Shown: positions 18,373 through 29,052 of the stretch, piece after piece
Layout of the letters: the number at the start of each line of letters is the position of its first letter
How positions within the stretch are numbered: the stretch's first letter is position 1
Source of the DNA: an uncultured Candidatus Berkelbacteria bacterium
GTDB lineage: Bacteria; Patescibacteriota; UBA1384; UBA12157
Direction of reading: 5' to 3'
NCBI GenBank assembly: GCA_903877885.1
Contig: CAIRFN010000013.1
Location: 2,754-66,753 of the forward strand
Length of the DNA: 64,000 nucleotides
The notes under the pieces: generated by a model
The model's input: the letters and a program-made list of their open reading frames with translations, nothing else
Told to the model about the DNA's origin: nothing
Database searches by the model: none
Made by a program: the position numbers and the translations under genes

Positions 18373-19107
18373 TTATTTATTCTCCTTTTGTCCTTTTTCT
18401 TCAGTCTTTTTTTCTTTGATTTCTTCTTTTGGAGCCTGTTTTTTAACCCCAACAACAGTGCTGACTTCCTTCATAATTAGTTCAATTGATTTAACCGCTT
18501 CGTCATTAGCTGGAATCAAATAATCAATGCCGATTGGGTTAGCATCAGTATCAGCCAAAGCAATAACTGGAATATTCATTCTGTTAGCTTCATCAATGGC
18601 CAATTTTTCACGGTGCGCATCAACCACAAACAATAAATCTGGCAATTTCTTCATTTCTTTAACGCCGCCAAAAACACTGTGCAGTTTTTCCAAACGGTCA
18701 TTAACCAATTTTCGTTCTTTCTTGGTAATGGCATTGAATTTTGGCGATAAAATTTGGGCTTCTAAAGTTTCCATTTCGGTAATGCTTTTGCGCAAAGTTT
18801 CGTAATTGGTCAAAGTACCACCAAGCCAGCGATGAGTTACATATGGCATACCAGCAAGTTCGGCAATTTTTTGAACCTGATCTTTTGCTTGGCGTTTTGT
18901 ACCAACAAATAAAACGGTTTTACCGAGTTCAATTTCTTTTTTAAGATAATCAACAGCTGATTTTAACAACTCTTGAGTTTTATCGAGATCAATAATAAAG
19001 ACCCCTTCGCGTAAACCAAAAGTGTAATCTTTCATTTTTGGGTGACTGCGTTCTTTTTTGTGACCAAAATGCACACCCGCATCCAGTAAATCTAATAATT
19101 TCGGCAT
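18373..19107 (-). CDS. rpsB: 30S ribosomal protein S2 (start revised to 19107)
   Basis: LLDAGVHFGH, FVGTK, RWLGGTLTN, PANDEA. Confidence 0.98.
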   Translation of the reverse strand: MPKLLDLLDAGVHFGHKKERSHPKMKDYTFGLREGVFIIDLDKTQELLKSAVDYLKKEIELGKTVLFVGTKRQAKDQVQKIAELAGMPYVTHRWLGGTLTNYETLRKSITEMETLEAQILSPKFNAITKKERKLVNDRLEKLHSVFGGVKEMKKLPDLLFVVDAHREKLAIDEANRMNIPVIALADTDANPIGIDYLIPANDEAVKSIELIMKEVSTVVGVKKQAPKEEIKEKKTEEKGQKENK

Positions 19108-19281
19108 AGTTTTGTGAAACCTTTCTTCTACGGATACTTTCATATCCCTGAAATATTTTTTGTTAGCTAAATCATACCATAGCTGTAAAGATTTGACAAG
19201 AGTATGTTTATTGTTCGCTAAAATGATTCTATGGTTGCAATATAACCTGATTTGTGTTAAGATATTTTTACAAGGAAAAAA

Positions 19282-19512
19282 ATGCAAAACATTCATCCAA
19301 AATACAATTCAAATGTCAAAGTAACCTGTTCTTGTGGCAACACTTTTGAAACCGGTTCAACTGTCGACTCAATTCATGTCGAAGTTTGTTCAGCGTGTCA
19401 TCCGTTTTACACTGGCACTCAAAAGTTTATTGACACTGCTGGCCGCGTTGACAAATTCAAGGCTAAAATGGAAAAAGCCAAAGAATTTGCTGCCAAATCA
19501 AAGAAAAAATAA
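19282..19512 (+). CDS. rpmE: 50S ribosomal protein L31 (zinc-binding type)
   Basis: [25 protein letters not shown]. Confidence 0.98.
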   Translation: MQNIHPKYNSNVKVTCSCGNTFETGSTVDSIHVEVCSACHPFYTGTQKFIDTAGRVDKFKAKMEKAKEFAAKSKKK

Positions 19513-19525
19513 CAAGTTAGATATT

Positions 19526-19562
19526 AAAAAACGATTTACTCTATTTTAGTGAGTCGTTTTTT
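19526..19562 (+). terminator. intrinsic terminator after rpmE
   Basis: AAAAACGATTTACT...AGTGAGTCGTTTTTT. Confidence 0.65.
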
Positions 19563-19590
19563 AGTATGATGAAAATAAAGAAGGATTAAT

Positions 19591-20670
19591 ATGAATCAAG
19601 ATCGTTTGGAAAAAATTATTGAAAAATATCGTGAACTCGAGCAAAAATCGCTCGACCCGGCTTTGATGAGCAATCAAAATGAGTTTTTAAAACTGTTGAA
19701 AGAAAAAAATGAGATTGAGCCAGCCGCCAAAACGGCCGAACGATATTTGAATTTAACTAAAAATTTAGCCGAAGCCGAAGAAATTTCTCTTGATGAAACA
19801 GCGGACGAGGAAATGAAAGAAATGGCTTTGAGTGAGATGGAAACGATCAAAAATGAATTGGTTGAAGCCGAAAATGAATTAAAGGTGGCGCTTTTACCAA
19901 CCGATCCGAATGACAAGAAAAACGTTATCATTGAGATTCGGCCAGCCGCCGGCGGCGATGAGGCCGAGCTTTTTGCCCAAGAACTTTTTCGGATGTATTC
20001 AAGATACGCCGAAGCTATGGGCTGGCGCGTCGAAGTAATGGATTCGCAAACCAGCGCTCTTGGTGGCATCAAAAGCTTAACTTTTCGCATTATTGGTAAC
20101 GATGTTTACGGCAAAATGAAATATGAATCTGGCGTTCACCGTGTTCAACGGGTTCCAGAAACCGAAAAAGCCGGTCGCATTCACACTTCGACTGTGACCG
20201 TGGCAGTTTTAGCTGAAGCCGAAGAAGCCGACGTCGAAGTTAAAAATGAAGATTTGCGAATCGATACTTTTTGTTCCGGCGGCGCCGGCGGTCAGTCGGT
20301 TAATACGACTTATTCGGCCGTTCGAATTACTCATATTCCGACCGGATTGGTTGTCAGCTGCCAAGATGAACGTTCGCAACTTAAAAATCGCCTGAAAGCG
20401 ATGAGTATTTTACGTAGCCGACTCTTAGCCGCGCGTGAAGAAAAATTGGCTCAAGAGCGCGGCGATGTTCGTCGCGATCAAATCGGCACAGGAGACAGAT
20501 CGGAAAAAATTCGAACCTACAACTTTCCACAAGACAGGATTACCGACCATCGCATCAACCAATCTTGGCATAATATTTATAATATTTTGGAAGGCAATTT
20601 AAATCCGGTGATCTCTGCTTTAACTCAAGAAGATCAAGCTCGAAAATTAGCCACTGAAACAGAAGCATGA
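19591..20670 (+). CDS. prfA: peptide chain release factor 1
   Basis: GGDEA, PET anticodon motif, GGQ, RTYNFPQ. Confidence 0.98.
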   Translation: MNQDRLEKIIEKYRELEQKSLDPALMSNQNEFLKLLKEKNEIEPAAKTAERYLNLTKNLAEAEEISLDETADEEMKEMALSEMETIKNELVEAENELKVALLPTDPNDKKNVIIEIRPAAGGDEAELFAQELFRMYSRYAEAMGWRVEVMDSQTSALGGIKSLTFRIIGNDVYGKMKYESGVHRVQRVPETEKAGRIHTSTVTVAVLAEAEEADVEVKNEDLRIDTFCSGGAGGQSVNTTYSAVRITHIPTGLVVSCQDERSQLKNRLKAMSILRSRLLAAREEKLAQERGDVRRDQIGTGDRSEKIRTYNFPQDRITDHRINQSWHNIYNILEGNLNPVISALTQEDQARKLATETEA

Positions 20671-21551
20671 AGCAGGAATTAAAAATCAAGGATTTATATC
20701 GCGAGATAGTATCCGAACTAAAATCAAAGGAGATTAGTACTCCAGAACTCGATGCTCGAGTTATAATTTGCTATGCGCTGAAAATGACAGACGCGGATTT
20801 TTTTAAAACAGATAACGATCTAATTTCAAATTATCAGGCTGACAAGATTATAAAACTGGTTAGGGAGCGAGTAAAAAATATTCCCGTGGCCTATATTTTA
20901 GGTCAAAAAGAATTTTATGGCCTTAATTTTTATGTTAATAAAAATGTTTTAATCCCCCGCCCAGAGTCGGAATGGTTGGTTGAAGAAGCAGTAAAATATA
21001 TTAAAACCCAAAAAAGAAAAATCGCGATTTTGGATCTGGGAACCGGTAGCGGCAATATCATTATTTCGATTTACAAAAGTTTAATGATTGGCAATTGGCA
21101 ATTTGGCGTTAAGTTTCATGCTTCGGATATTAGTTCAAAAGCTTTATTTATAGCTAAAAAGAATGCGAAAAAATATAAGCTTGATAAAAAAATCAAATTA
21201 TTTCATTCCGATCTGTTTTCTAACTGGCGATTGCAGAAAAAATTTGATTTAATCGTGGCCAATTTGCCGTACGTACCGAAAAACAATGAACCGTTAACTG
21301 TTTACCGTTCACCGATCTCATTTGAGCCACAAAATGCCATTTTTGCATCAGATAACGGCGCGGAAATTATTAAAAAGTTCTTGGTTCAAGCCAAAAATTA
21401 TTTAAATAACAATGGTTTAATTTTAATCGAACTCGATCCGCGAAACGCGGCTGATCTTAAGGAATTTACTCAATCGAACTTCCCTAACACCAAAATCCAG
21501 CTCGAAAAAGATTTAGCTGGATTTGAACGCTACCTTATAATTAGAATCTAA
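20667..21551 (+). CDS. prmC: release factor glutamine methyltransferase
   Basis: VLIPRPE, DLGTGSG, ANLPY; follows prfA. Confidence 0.95.
   Translation: MKQELKIKDLYREIVSELKSKEISTPELDARVIICYALKMTDADFFKTDNDLISNYQADKIIKLVRERVKNIPVAYILGQKEFYGLNFYVNKNVLIPRPESEWLVEEAVKYIKTQKRKIAILDLGTGSGNIIISIYKSLMIGNWQFGVKFHASDISSKALFIAKKNAKKYKLDKKIKLFHSDLFSNWRLQKKFDLIVANLPYVPKNNEPLTVYRSPISFEPQNAIFASDNGAEIIKKFLVQAKNYLNNNGLILIELDPRNAADLKEFTQSNFPNTKIQLEKDLAGFERYLIIRI
21489..21551 (+). repeat. copy 1 of 63-bp prmC 3'-end duplication
   Basis: First 32 bp identical to 22366-22397. Confidence 0.9.
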
Positions 21552-21591
21552 CACTGTACGGCGACCTCGGAGGTAGGCGAACGGTGTTAGA
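21547..21591. repeat. family A hairpin, 3' flank of RAYT-2 (overlaps prmC stop)
   Basis: TCTAACACTGTACGGCGACCTCGGAGGTAGGCGAACGGTGTTAGA. Confidence 0.9.
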
Positions 21592-21599
21592 CAAATATT

Positions 21600-22271
21600 T
21601 TAACCCGAATAGTTATCTATCATCATATTCTTTATAACAGAGATTTGTTTCTGATAAGATTTACGATCATTAACAAATTTTCGATATTGTTCAGAAGTAA
21701 AATCAAATAAGCCGTCGAATTGACATAAATTAGCACTATCAATTTTCAAATATTCCAGATAGGAAGAATGGAGCCAATCCTCTGGCTTCTGAACTAAACC
21801 AGCCGAAGAAGCATTAAGATGAAAATATCGTGTTAAATGCAATAACTGATTATCTGTTGAAACTTCCACATCTTTAAATTTACTCTCCCATAGAGGCCCG
21901 GACCGATGATGCTTGGAATTGAAATATCTTGTATAACTATTTAAAACTCTGGACATGAACTTAGAAATTCCTTGGTCGGCGACTTGTTTCAATATTAAAT
22001 GAATGTGAGTTGGCATAATTGTATATGCGATAATTTCAACTAGAACTTGGCTGTTTAATTGAACATTCTGGATTATTTTTTGTTGCAAAAAGGGATTTAG
22101 ATCAGAAAATTTAGAATAACAATAATTGAAATCTATGTATCGATAAAGCTTTAATAGTTCCTTTATTCTTGAAAAATCTTGCGGATCATTAAAAATAGTA
22201 TACTTTGCAATACTACGACTAAAAACATGATAATAATGTCCATTTGCTAATGGATATTTTCGTATATTCAT
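21600..22271 (-). mobile_element. REP-associated tyrosine transposase (RAYT-2)
   Basis: YHVFSRS, YTIMPTHIHL, GPLWESKF, RYFHLN, WLHSSY. Confidence 0.92.
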
Positions 22272-22301
22272 TTATTTAATCATACCATAAGATAATAAAA
22301 T

Positions 22302-22343
22302 TAACACTGTACGCCTACCTCGGAGGTCGTCGTATAGTGTTAG
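22302..22343. repeat. family A hairpin, 5' flank of RAYT-2
   Basis: TAACACTGTACGCCTACCTCGGAGGTCGTCGTATAGTGTTAG. Confidence 0.9.
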
Positions 22344-22365
22344 CATAAATATATATAATTAAATT

Positions 22366-22428
22366 ACCAAAATCCAGCTCGAAAAAGATTTAGCTGGGCT
22401 TGAACGATATTTGATAATTAAGAACTAG
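22366..22428 (+). pseudogene. displaced prmC 3' end ([20 protein letters not shown])
   Basis: In-frame homolog of the last 20 prmC codons, with its own stop. Confidence 0.88.
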
Positions 22429-23345
22429 TTCAGAATTTGCTTTAAAGAAACATCATCAACGTAGACTGAACCAGCCGAATTAGGTGAGAAGAAATGAAAA
22501 TTTACCAACGTTGTAGTAGAAGAAGTTGTAAATGGGAAACTAACTAATGTATAAGTTGTACCTGCAACGTTAGTACTTGTTCGATCTAAAGAAGGTGGAA
22601 TATTAGTTCCCGAACCAATTGTATTGTCTGAAACTTGATAATAACCATTCTTACTACCATCTCCTCGTGTCCAAAAAGTTAAAAGATATTTTGTGCTCGG
22701 TGAAACAGTTATTCTTGGCGAAATATCAACATATGATTGACCAGATGTATAGGTTAATTTAGCGGCATTTACACCACTATGAACCGGCGATGTTATATTT
22801 TCGATCAATCCAGAGCCTTTTTGTTCCGACCAATTATTAGCCCAAACATCATCCCCACCTGCGCCTAAAGTTTCAAAGCTTGGATTTGGAATTAATTCTG
22901 GGCCATAAATTGGCACTTGAGCGATCAAGGATACTGTCCCATTAGAATCAAATACAAAACTTTGCGGATTACTGGTACCAATAGTGGTTGGTAGATCAGC
23001 CAAAACTTGGTAAGTCCCGTCAGTTTGAACCGAAATCACCAAAGCGCTACCTTGATTTTTGATATCAGAAGCAATTGATTGGATTTTAGTAATATCGTCA
23101 GAACCAGAGGGATTGGGCAAAGACTCGCATGAACCAGCACAGTTTAAAACTAATGGATTAATTCCGTTATCCAAGGCAATCTGAACCTCATTTCTTGCTT
23201 GGCCTAAATCGCTTTGGACTCGAGCATCTTTGGCTTTAGCCCGTGCGGAATTTAAGGCTACCAAAACCATAGCCGCTAAAATGCCAATAATAGCGATAAC
23301 GACTAATAGTTCGATTAAAGTGAAGGCTGAAAGTTTTTTATTCAT
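22425..23345 (-). CDS. type IV pilin-like protein with C-terminal carbohydrate-binding (CBM4/9-like) domain
   Basis: AFTLIELL prepilin motif; ELIPNPSFE...YVDDVSL pattern. Confidence 0.85.
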   Translation of the reverse strand: MNKKLSAFTLIELLVVIAIIGILAAMVLVALNSARAKAKDARVQSDLGQARNEVQIALDNGINPLVLNCAGSCESLPNPSGSDDITKIQSIASDIKNQGSALVISVQTDGTYQVLADLPTTIGTSNPQSFVFDSNGTVSLIAQVPIYGPELIPNPSFETLGAGGDDVWANNWSEQKGSGLIENITSPVHSGVNAAKLTYTSGQSYVDISPRITVSPSTKYLLTFWTRGDGSKNGYYQVSDNTIGSGTNIPPSLDRTSTNVAGTTYTLVSFPFTTSSTTTLVNFHFFSPNSAGSVYVDDVSLKQILN

Positions 23346-23361
23346 CGGACTTCCTTGTTAA

Positions 23362-23381
23362 CAGGCTAAAGCCTGAGCTAC
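23362..23381 (-). repeat. GTAG-type REP-like mini-hairpin
   Basis: Minus strand GTAG-CT-CAGGC-TTTA-GCCTG between two pilin genes. Confidence 0.45.
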
Positions 23382-23391
23382 GAGTAAAGAA

Positions 23392-23907
23392 TTATTCGCT
23401 ACAACTTAAAGATTTAATCGTTGCGATATCCGGACCACCCCATATTCCATCTGATCCATTAGCGAAATGTCCATAATTTGTCACATCAGAAAAAATCGGG
23501 AAATAACCCACAGGTAGATATGTATCTGAAAATCTTAATGTTACGCGACGAGTAACATTAGTATGATCGTTGCAAGAAGGAACTCCACTAGCACACCAGT
23601 TATCCCAATCATAAACCATATTGGCACAAGGTGGAGTTGGTAATGTAGTTGAAATAGGTAAAGAACCTCGAAAATTTTGCGATCGTAATTCATGAGGCAT
23701 AACCCCCGGATTAGTGTCATCAGGCCAGACATCTTTTTCCGCCTGATAATTACTGGCCGCCGCCGCGATCGTTTGCATATCAACCAAGGCTTTACTGTAC
23801 CGCGCGCGATCTTTGGCTGAATTAAGAGCAACTAAAACCACACCAATCAAAATACCGATGATAGCGATAGCCACCAAGAGCTCAATAATAGTAAATGCTT
23901 TTTTCAT
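23392..23907 (-). CDS. type IV pilin / type II secretion pseudopilin-like protein
   Basis: KKAFTIIELL N-methylation motif. Confidence 0.88.
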   Translation of the reverse strand: MKKAFTIIELLVAIAIIGILIGVVLVALNSAKDRARYSKALVDMQTIAAAASNYQAEKDVWPDDTNPGVMPHELRSQNFRGSLPISTTLPTPPCANMVYDWDNWCASGVPSCNDHTNVTRRVTLRFSDTYLPVGYFPIFSDVTNYGHFANGSDGIWGGPDIATIKSLSCSE

Positions 23908-23925
23908 ATGCCCTCCTTATTTAAT

Positions 23926-25110
23926 TTACTCGGTTGAGCCAAGTTTCAATTTCACCGTATTTTCGACTGTGCCGCGAAGATATTTAATCGTGACTTCGTC
24001 GTTTGGTTGATATTCGGCAATTCTAGCCGCCAGAGGATGGGCTTCATCAATTCGTTCGCCGTTTATTTCTAACAAAATATCATTAGCTTTTAAGCCTGCT
24101 TGACCTGCAGAACTATCGGCCACTACCGCGGTTTGACCAGTTGGTGCCAAAACCACCGCACCATAATTAACCGTTAGTTTAAGTTGATTAACCACTTCAG
24201 GCGTAACCGTGACATAACGCACGCCTAATTGCGGTTTGATAATTTTACCGTTTTTCTTGTAGGAATCGATTGCCTGTTTAGCCTGATTAATCGGAATAGC
24301 AAAACCAATTCCTTGAGCATTACCAGCCACGGCCGTATCGATACCGATCACTTGACCAGCCAAGTTAACCAATGGACCACCGGAATTACCCGGGTTAATC
24401 GAAGCATCGGTTTGGAGTAAGTTATTCAATTGTTCCGAACTAGTCCCGTCGCCAGCGGTTAACTGACGTTCGCGAGCCGAAACCACACCGACTGTGACGG
24501 TATTTTGCAGTTCCCCGAGAGCATTTCCCACAGCAATCACCCATTGGCCAATCTGCAAAGCATCAGAATCACCCAATTGAACCACCGGTAAACCAGTCGC
24601 CTCGATTTTTAAAATCGCCAAATCGTTTGTCGGATCAAGCGCCGCCACTTTAGCCGGATAGGTTTTACCGTCGGAAGTCAAAACCGATAAGGTATCACCG
24701 GCTTGAGCCACATGTTTATTGGTTAAAATCAAACCATCATTAGTAATAATAAAACCAGTCCCGCCGCCTTGCTCTTGGCCGACTTGGCCCCAGAAATCCA
24801 TCACATTCTTACTAGTGGTAATGGAAACGACCGCTGGTGTCACACTTTTAGCCGAATCAATCACCTTGCTCGACTCTTCTAAAACAATTTTTTGGTTAGT
24901 CGTTTGACTAATATTTAAATTTTGCAGATTAATTCCCAATTTTTCTTTAAGATATTTATTGTTTGACAAAAGCACCAAAGACCCAGCGCCGCCGATAATT
25001 CCCATTAGCAAAGCCACCACAACCAAAATAATCCAAAATTCTTTCGCTTTGGCTGGTTTAGCAAAATGACCAGGGATTGGTTCTTCGTCAAGATAAGTAA
25101 TTTTTGGCAT
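23926..25110 (-). CDS. htrA: HtrA/DegP-family serine protease with PDZ domain
   Basis: TNKHV, DLAI, GNSGGPL triad; N-terminal TM; PDZ. Confidence 0.95.
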   Translation of the reverse strand: MPKITYLDEEPIPGHFAKPAKAKEFWIILVVVALLMGIIGGAGSLVLLSNNKYLKEKLGINLQNLNISQTTNQKIVLEESSKVIDSAKSVTPAVVSITTSKNVMDFWGQVGQEQGGGTGFIITNDGLILTNKHVAQAGDTLSVLTSDGKTYPAKVAALDPTNDLAILKIEATGLPVVQLGDSDALQIGQWVIAVGNALGELQNTVTVGVVSARERQLTAGDGTSSEQLNNLLQTDASINPGNSGGPLVNLAGQVIGIDTAVAGNAQGIGFAIPINQAKQAIDSYKKNGKIIKPQLGVRYVTVTPEVVNQLKLTVNYGAVVLAPTGQTAVVADSSAGQAGLKANDILLEINGERIDEAHPLAARIAEYQPNDEVTIKYLRGTVENTVKLKLGSTE

Positions 25111-25123
25111 ATTTTACTCCTTT

Positions 25124-25378
25124 TTACTCTGTTTGATCGTTAGCGGCATCTTGCGCCATTTTGCCAAGCAAGTAAGTTACTGTAACCGCTATCGTTGTCA
25201 CTATTATAGCATAAATAAACTGCGATTTGAGTCCCGAACCAGGTTCAATGAAACGTTGAATCAAATTTTGGATAAAACTATTCCAAGCTAAAGCTGCCAC
25301 CAACCCAAAACCAGCCGTCGCGAGTTGCGTCATGGTTTTTAAAAATTCTTCCTTCAATATTTTTTTCTTGTTAGCCAT
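25124..25378 (-). CDS. small membrane protein (DUF5654-like)
   Basis: AGFGLVAALAWN..I motif, two TM. Confidence 0.8.
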   Translation of the reverse strand: MANKKKILKEEFLKTMTQLATAGFGLVAALAWNSFIQNLIQRFIEPGSGLKSQFIYAIIVTTIAVTVTYLLGKMAQDAANDQTE

Positions 25379-25387
25379 AAATCCTCC

Positions 25388-26779
25388 TTAAATTTTTTCG
25401 TTGATTATTTTGTTAACCATCGCCGGGTTAGCCTGGCCTTTAGTTTCCTTCATAACTTGGCCAACCAAAAAGCCAATGGCAGAGGTTTTACCAGCTTTAA
25501 TACTAGAAACAATTTCTGAATTTTCGCTGATAATTTTATCAACAATTTTAGCAATTTCTTCTTCACTGCCGATCTGTTTTAGACCTTTTTCGGCAATGAT
25601 GTCGGTAGCGGATTTACCGGTTTCCAGCATTTGAGGTAAAACATCTTTGGCAATCTTACCGGAAATTTCATTCGAATCGATTAATTTTAATAATTCGGCC
25701 AAATCTTCTGGTTTGATTTTTACTAAGCCATCGATTTTTAGTTCGTTAATAATCCAGTTGGCGGCCAATTTGGGACTAACAATTTCGGCTGTTTTTTCAA
25801 AATAATTAGCCATTTCTTGATCAATGGCGATTACTTCGGCGTCCTGAAGAGATAAACCCATTTCAGATTGATACCGTTTTCTTTTTTCGGCTGGTAATTC
25901 TGGAATTTCAGCTTTTAATTTAGCTAAATCAAACATTTTTGTTGGTTCAAATGGCGGCAAATCCGGTTCGGGAAAATAGCGGTAGTCTTGAGCGAATTCC
26001 TTCGACCGTTGCGAGTAGGTGATGCCTTTGGCGTCGTCCCAACCGCGCGTTTCTTTGGCGATCTTGTCGCCAGCATCCAACACTTCGCGCTGTCTTTTTT
26101 CTTCATATAACAAAGCTTTTTCCACCATCTTAAACGAGTTCATATTCTTGATTTCGACTGGTACACCCAATTTTTCGTCAGCTGAAACGCTAATATTAGC
26201 ATCAGCCCGAAGGTGACCTTTTTCCATATCAGCACTCGAAACGCCTAAATAGCGCATAATTGAACGCAGTTCCTGCAAGAAAATTTTGGCCGAAAGAGGG
26301 GAGTCAATACAGGGTTCGGTCACGATTTCCATCAGCGGCGTGCCGGCGCGATTTAAATCGACTAAACTATCAGTACCGGCGTGGACCAGTTTGCCAGCAT
26401 CCTCTTCCAAGTGAATTCGAGTCAATTCGATAATTTTTTTATCCCCTGCTACCTCGATTTCAACCTGACCACCAATTAAAAATGGCAAATCGTATTGCGA
26501 AATCTGATAACCTTTTGGTAAATCTGGATAAAAATAGTGCTTGCGATCAAATTTAGAATGTTCAGCAATTTTTGAGTTTAAGGCTAAACCGGTTTTAAGC
26601 GTCCACCCAATCGCCTGTTTATTGGCAACCGGTAAAACTCCAGGTAAACCTAAACAAACCGGGCAAACCAAAGTATTCGGCTGGACACCTTCGGCATTAT
26701 TATCGCAACCGCAAAACATTTTTGACTTTGTCTTGAGCTGAACATGAATTTCTAAACCAATTGTTGTTTTATATGTCAT
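25388..26779 (-). CDS. gatB: Asp/Glu-tRNA amidotransferase subunit B
   Basis: IGLEIHVQL, FYPDLPKGYQISQ, YRYFPEPDL. Confidence 0.98.
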   Translation of the reverse strand: MTYKTTIGLEIHVQLKTKSKMFCGCDNNAEGVQPNTLVCPVCLGLPGVLPVANKQAIGWTLKTGLALNSKIAEHSKFDRKHYFYPDLPKGYQISQYDLPFLIGGQVEIEVAGDKKIIELTRIHLEEDAGKLVHAGTDSLVDLNRAGTPLMEIVTEPCIDSPLSAKIFLQELRSIMRYLGVSSADMEKGHLRADANISVSADEKLGVPVEIKNMNSFKMVEKALLYEEKRQREVLDAGDKIAKETRGWDDAKGITYSQRSKEFAQDYRYFPEPDLPPFEPTKMFDLAKLKAEIPELPAEKRKRYQSEMGLSLQDAEVIAIDQEMANYFEKTAEIVSPKLAANWIINELKIDGLVKIKPEDLAELLKLIDSNEISGKIAKDVLPQMLETGKSATDIIAEKGLKQIGSEEEIAKIVDKIISENSEIVSSIKAGKTSAIGFLVGQVMKETKGQANPAMVNKIINEKI

Positions 26780-27258
26780 ACTAATTCCTCGATTGCTTTT
26801 TTGAAATTTTCGATAGCCGCTTTGGCAACAAAATCAGTGATTTGATATTCAGTGTTGTGGGCAATTTCATTTCTGACTTTGTGGCCATTCCAAGCCGCGT
26901 TATAGGCGTCTTTAGAGAATCTATGTTCTGATGATTTTAAGCGATCACCCATAGTTAAACCTGGCGCGCGATAACCCTTAAGTAAATGATCCAATAATTT
27001 GTCGGCTTCCAAGACTGCTCTTTGATAATTCGAAGGTTGTCCTAATTGGATTAATTGTTCGATTTCTTGCCATTTACTCAAGACAAACTGACGATCAATA
27101 CTGATATTTTCCTGATGCTGATTTTGGCCTGGATTTCGTTTTTTTATAATCAATTTAAACGGCGTTGAAATTAGCCACCACAAACCCTTCAAGATAGTTT
27201 CGATCATCTGTTGCTCTGTCGATTGACGATGTTTATATTTTTTAACTTGATAAGACAT
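26776..27258 (-). CDS. conserved hypothetical protein with HEPN-like RN(x3)H motif
   Basis: AVLEADKLLD...TMGDRLK...KVRNEIAH; overlaps gatA and gatB. Confidence 0.75.
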   Translation of the reverse strand: MSYQVKKYKHRQSTEQQMIETILKGLWWLISTPFKLIIKKRNPGQNQHQENISIDRQFVLSKWQEIEQLIQLGQPSNYQRAVLEADKLLDHLLKGYRAPGLTMGDRLKSSEHRFSKDAYNAAWNGHKVRNEIAHNTEYQITDFVAKAAIENFKKAIEELV

Positions 27259-28669
27259 TATTTTCAAACTCTTGGGCGATTTTTAAAATTTTACTATCTG
27301 ACAATTGTGGACCAATAAGATGTAAACCGACTGGTAGACCATCGATATTTCCGGCTGGCACGCTCATCGCTGGCAGTCCAGCCAGGTTAACGGAAATTGT
27401 ATAAATATCTGATAGATACATTTTGAGCGGATCATCGGATTTTTCGCCGATTTTGAAAGCCGTGGTTGGCATAACCGGGCCTAAAATCAAATCGACTTTA
27501 GAAAAAGCCTCTTCAAAATCTTGTTTAACCAAGGCTCGCACCTTTTGGGCTTGATTATAATATTGGTCAATATAGCCAGCGCTCGAGGTATAGGTACCTA
27601 AAATAATGCGGCGTTTGACTTCCGCGCCCAATCCTTCGGAGCGGGAATTAATATATTTTTCCAACAAATTATCGCCTTCGGCTGAAAAACCGTACTTAAT
27701 GCCATCGTAACGCCCCATATTAGAAGCAACTTCCACCGGAACGATAATATAGTAACAGCTCAAAGCATATTTGGCATTTGGTAGTTCAATGTCGATAATT
27801 TCGGCGCCCATGGCTTTGAATTTACCAATCGCCGCTTCAATTACTTTTTTGACTTCAGAATCTAGTCCTTCGGCAAAATATTCGCGCGGGATGCCAATCT
27901 TAAGATTTCTAGATTCCAGATCCTGCGCCCCGCCGGTCTGGAATGACAACGAAGTCGAGTCTTTTTCATCATAACCTTTGATAAGATCAAACAAAATTTC
28001 GGCATCTTCGGCGGTTTTAGTCATTGGCCCAATCTGATCAAGCGATGATGCCATGGCCATTAATCCGTAACGACTGACTGCGCCATAGGTTGGCTTAAAG
28101 CCAGTTATACCACAAAAACTAGCAGGCTGACGAATTGAACCACCGGTATCGGAACCAAGCGCCGCGATACACATGTTGGCGGCGACGGCGGCAGCCGAGC
28201 CGCCTGATGATCCACCAGGAACGCGATCTAAATCATGAGGATTGCGGGTAACGCCATAGGCCGAGTTTTCGGTTGAAGAACCCATAGCAAATTCGTCAAG
28301 ATTGGTTTTGCCGATAATGACCGCGCCAGCAGATTTAAGTTTCGATATTACAGTCGCATCATATGGCGCCACAAAATTTTCCAAAATTTTGCTACCAGCC
28401 GTTGTTTTCGTATCCAGCATACACATATTGTCTTTGATAGCGACTGGAATACCATCGATTTGGGATAACGGTTGATTATTTCGATATCGTTCGTCTGATT
28501 CCTTAGCCGATTTTATCGCTTCATCTTTTAGTACCAATAAAAAAGCATGGATATCTTTATCTTTATGCTCGATTTCATCTAAACAGGCTTGTGTTAACTC
28601 TTGCGATGTGATTTCGCCTGATTTCAACTTTTCGCTTGCTTCTTTGATTGTTAGTTCATTTAGTTTCAT
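27242..28669 (-). CDS. gatA: Asp/Glu-tRNA amidotransferase subunit A
   Basis: IKDN, GGSSGGS, GSDTGGSIRQP amidase signature. Confidence 0.98.
   Translation of the reverse strand: MKLNELTIKEASEKLKSGEITSQELTQACLDEIEHKDKDIHAFLLVLKDEAIKSAKESDERYRNNQPLSQIDGIPVAIKDNMCMLDTKTTAGSKILENFVAPYDATVISKLKSAGAVIIGKTNLDEFAMGSSTENSAYGVTRNPHDLDRVPGGSSGGSAAAVAANMCIAALGSDTGGSIRQPASFCGITGFKPTYGAVSRYGLMAMASSLDQIGPMTKTAEDAEILFDLIKGYDEKDSTSLSFQTGGAQDLESRNLKIGIPREYFAEGLDSEVKKVIEAAIGKFKAMGAEIIDIELPNAKYALSCYYIIVPVEVASNMGRYDGIKYGFSAEGDNLLEKYINSRSEGLGAEVKRRIILGTYTSSAGYIDQYYNQAQKVRALVKQDFEEAFSKVDLILGPVMPTTAFKIGEKSDDPLKMYLSDIYTISVNLAGLPAMSVPAGNIDGLPVGLHLIGPQLSDSKILKIAQEFENNVLSS
27910..27948. repeat. family B palindrome in-frame in gatA (LSFQTGGAQDLES)
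   Basis: Minus strand TGTCATTCCAGAC...GATCTGGAATCT, matching intergenic 48810-48847. Confidence 0.85.
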
Positions 28670-28956
28670 TCGAACACCTGCTTTACTTTGATATAACCTT
28701 TTTCTTGTGAGGGCGCATTGGTCAGTAGTTTTTCGCGATTATTTTCATTGGTAATTTTATCTTCTCGAACAATATTTTCCAGTCCGGAAATTTGCGAAAC
28801 TGATTTGATTTTAGTCAAGTCAAGTTCATTTAATTCATCAATATAATTTAAAATCTCGCCGAGTTCTTGAGTAAACTTTTCTTCTTCAATTTTAGTTAAA
28901 TTCAAACGGGCCAATTGAGCCACGTGTTCAACATCAGTTTTTGATATCTGTGCCAT
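28666..28956 (-). CDS. gatC: Asp/Glu-tRNA amidotransferase subunit C
   Basis: HVAQLARL, RED, NAP motifs; operon position. Confidence 0.95.
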   Translation of the reverse strand: MAQISKTDVEHVAQLARLNLTKIEEEKFTQELGEILNYIDELNELDLTKIKSVSQISGLENIVREDKITNENNREKLLTNAPSQEKGYIKVKQVFE

Positions 28957-29052
28957 ATGTTTCCTTTATATATATTCTACCCTGAAAAACAAAATTAGTA
29001 AATATTAAAAAAGGCTAGGTCAATCCTAGCCGGAGTTTTTGATAGTTATTCT

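Noticed and set aside
18373..19296. Long N-terminal extensions in track ORFs (rpsB, tsf, uvrB, ctpA, kinase, rsmA, RAYT-3)
   Set aside because: Artifacts of choosing the most upstream start; family-typical N-termini begin at downstream starts.
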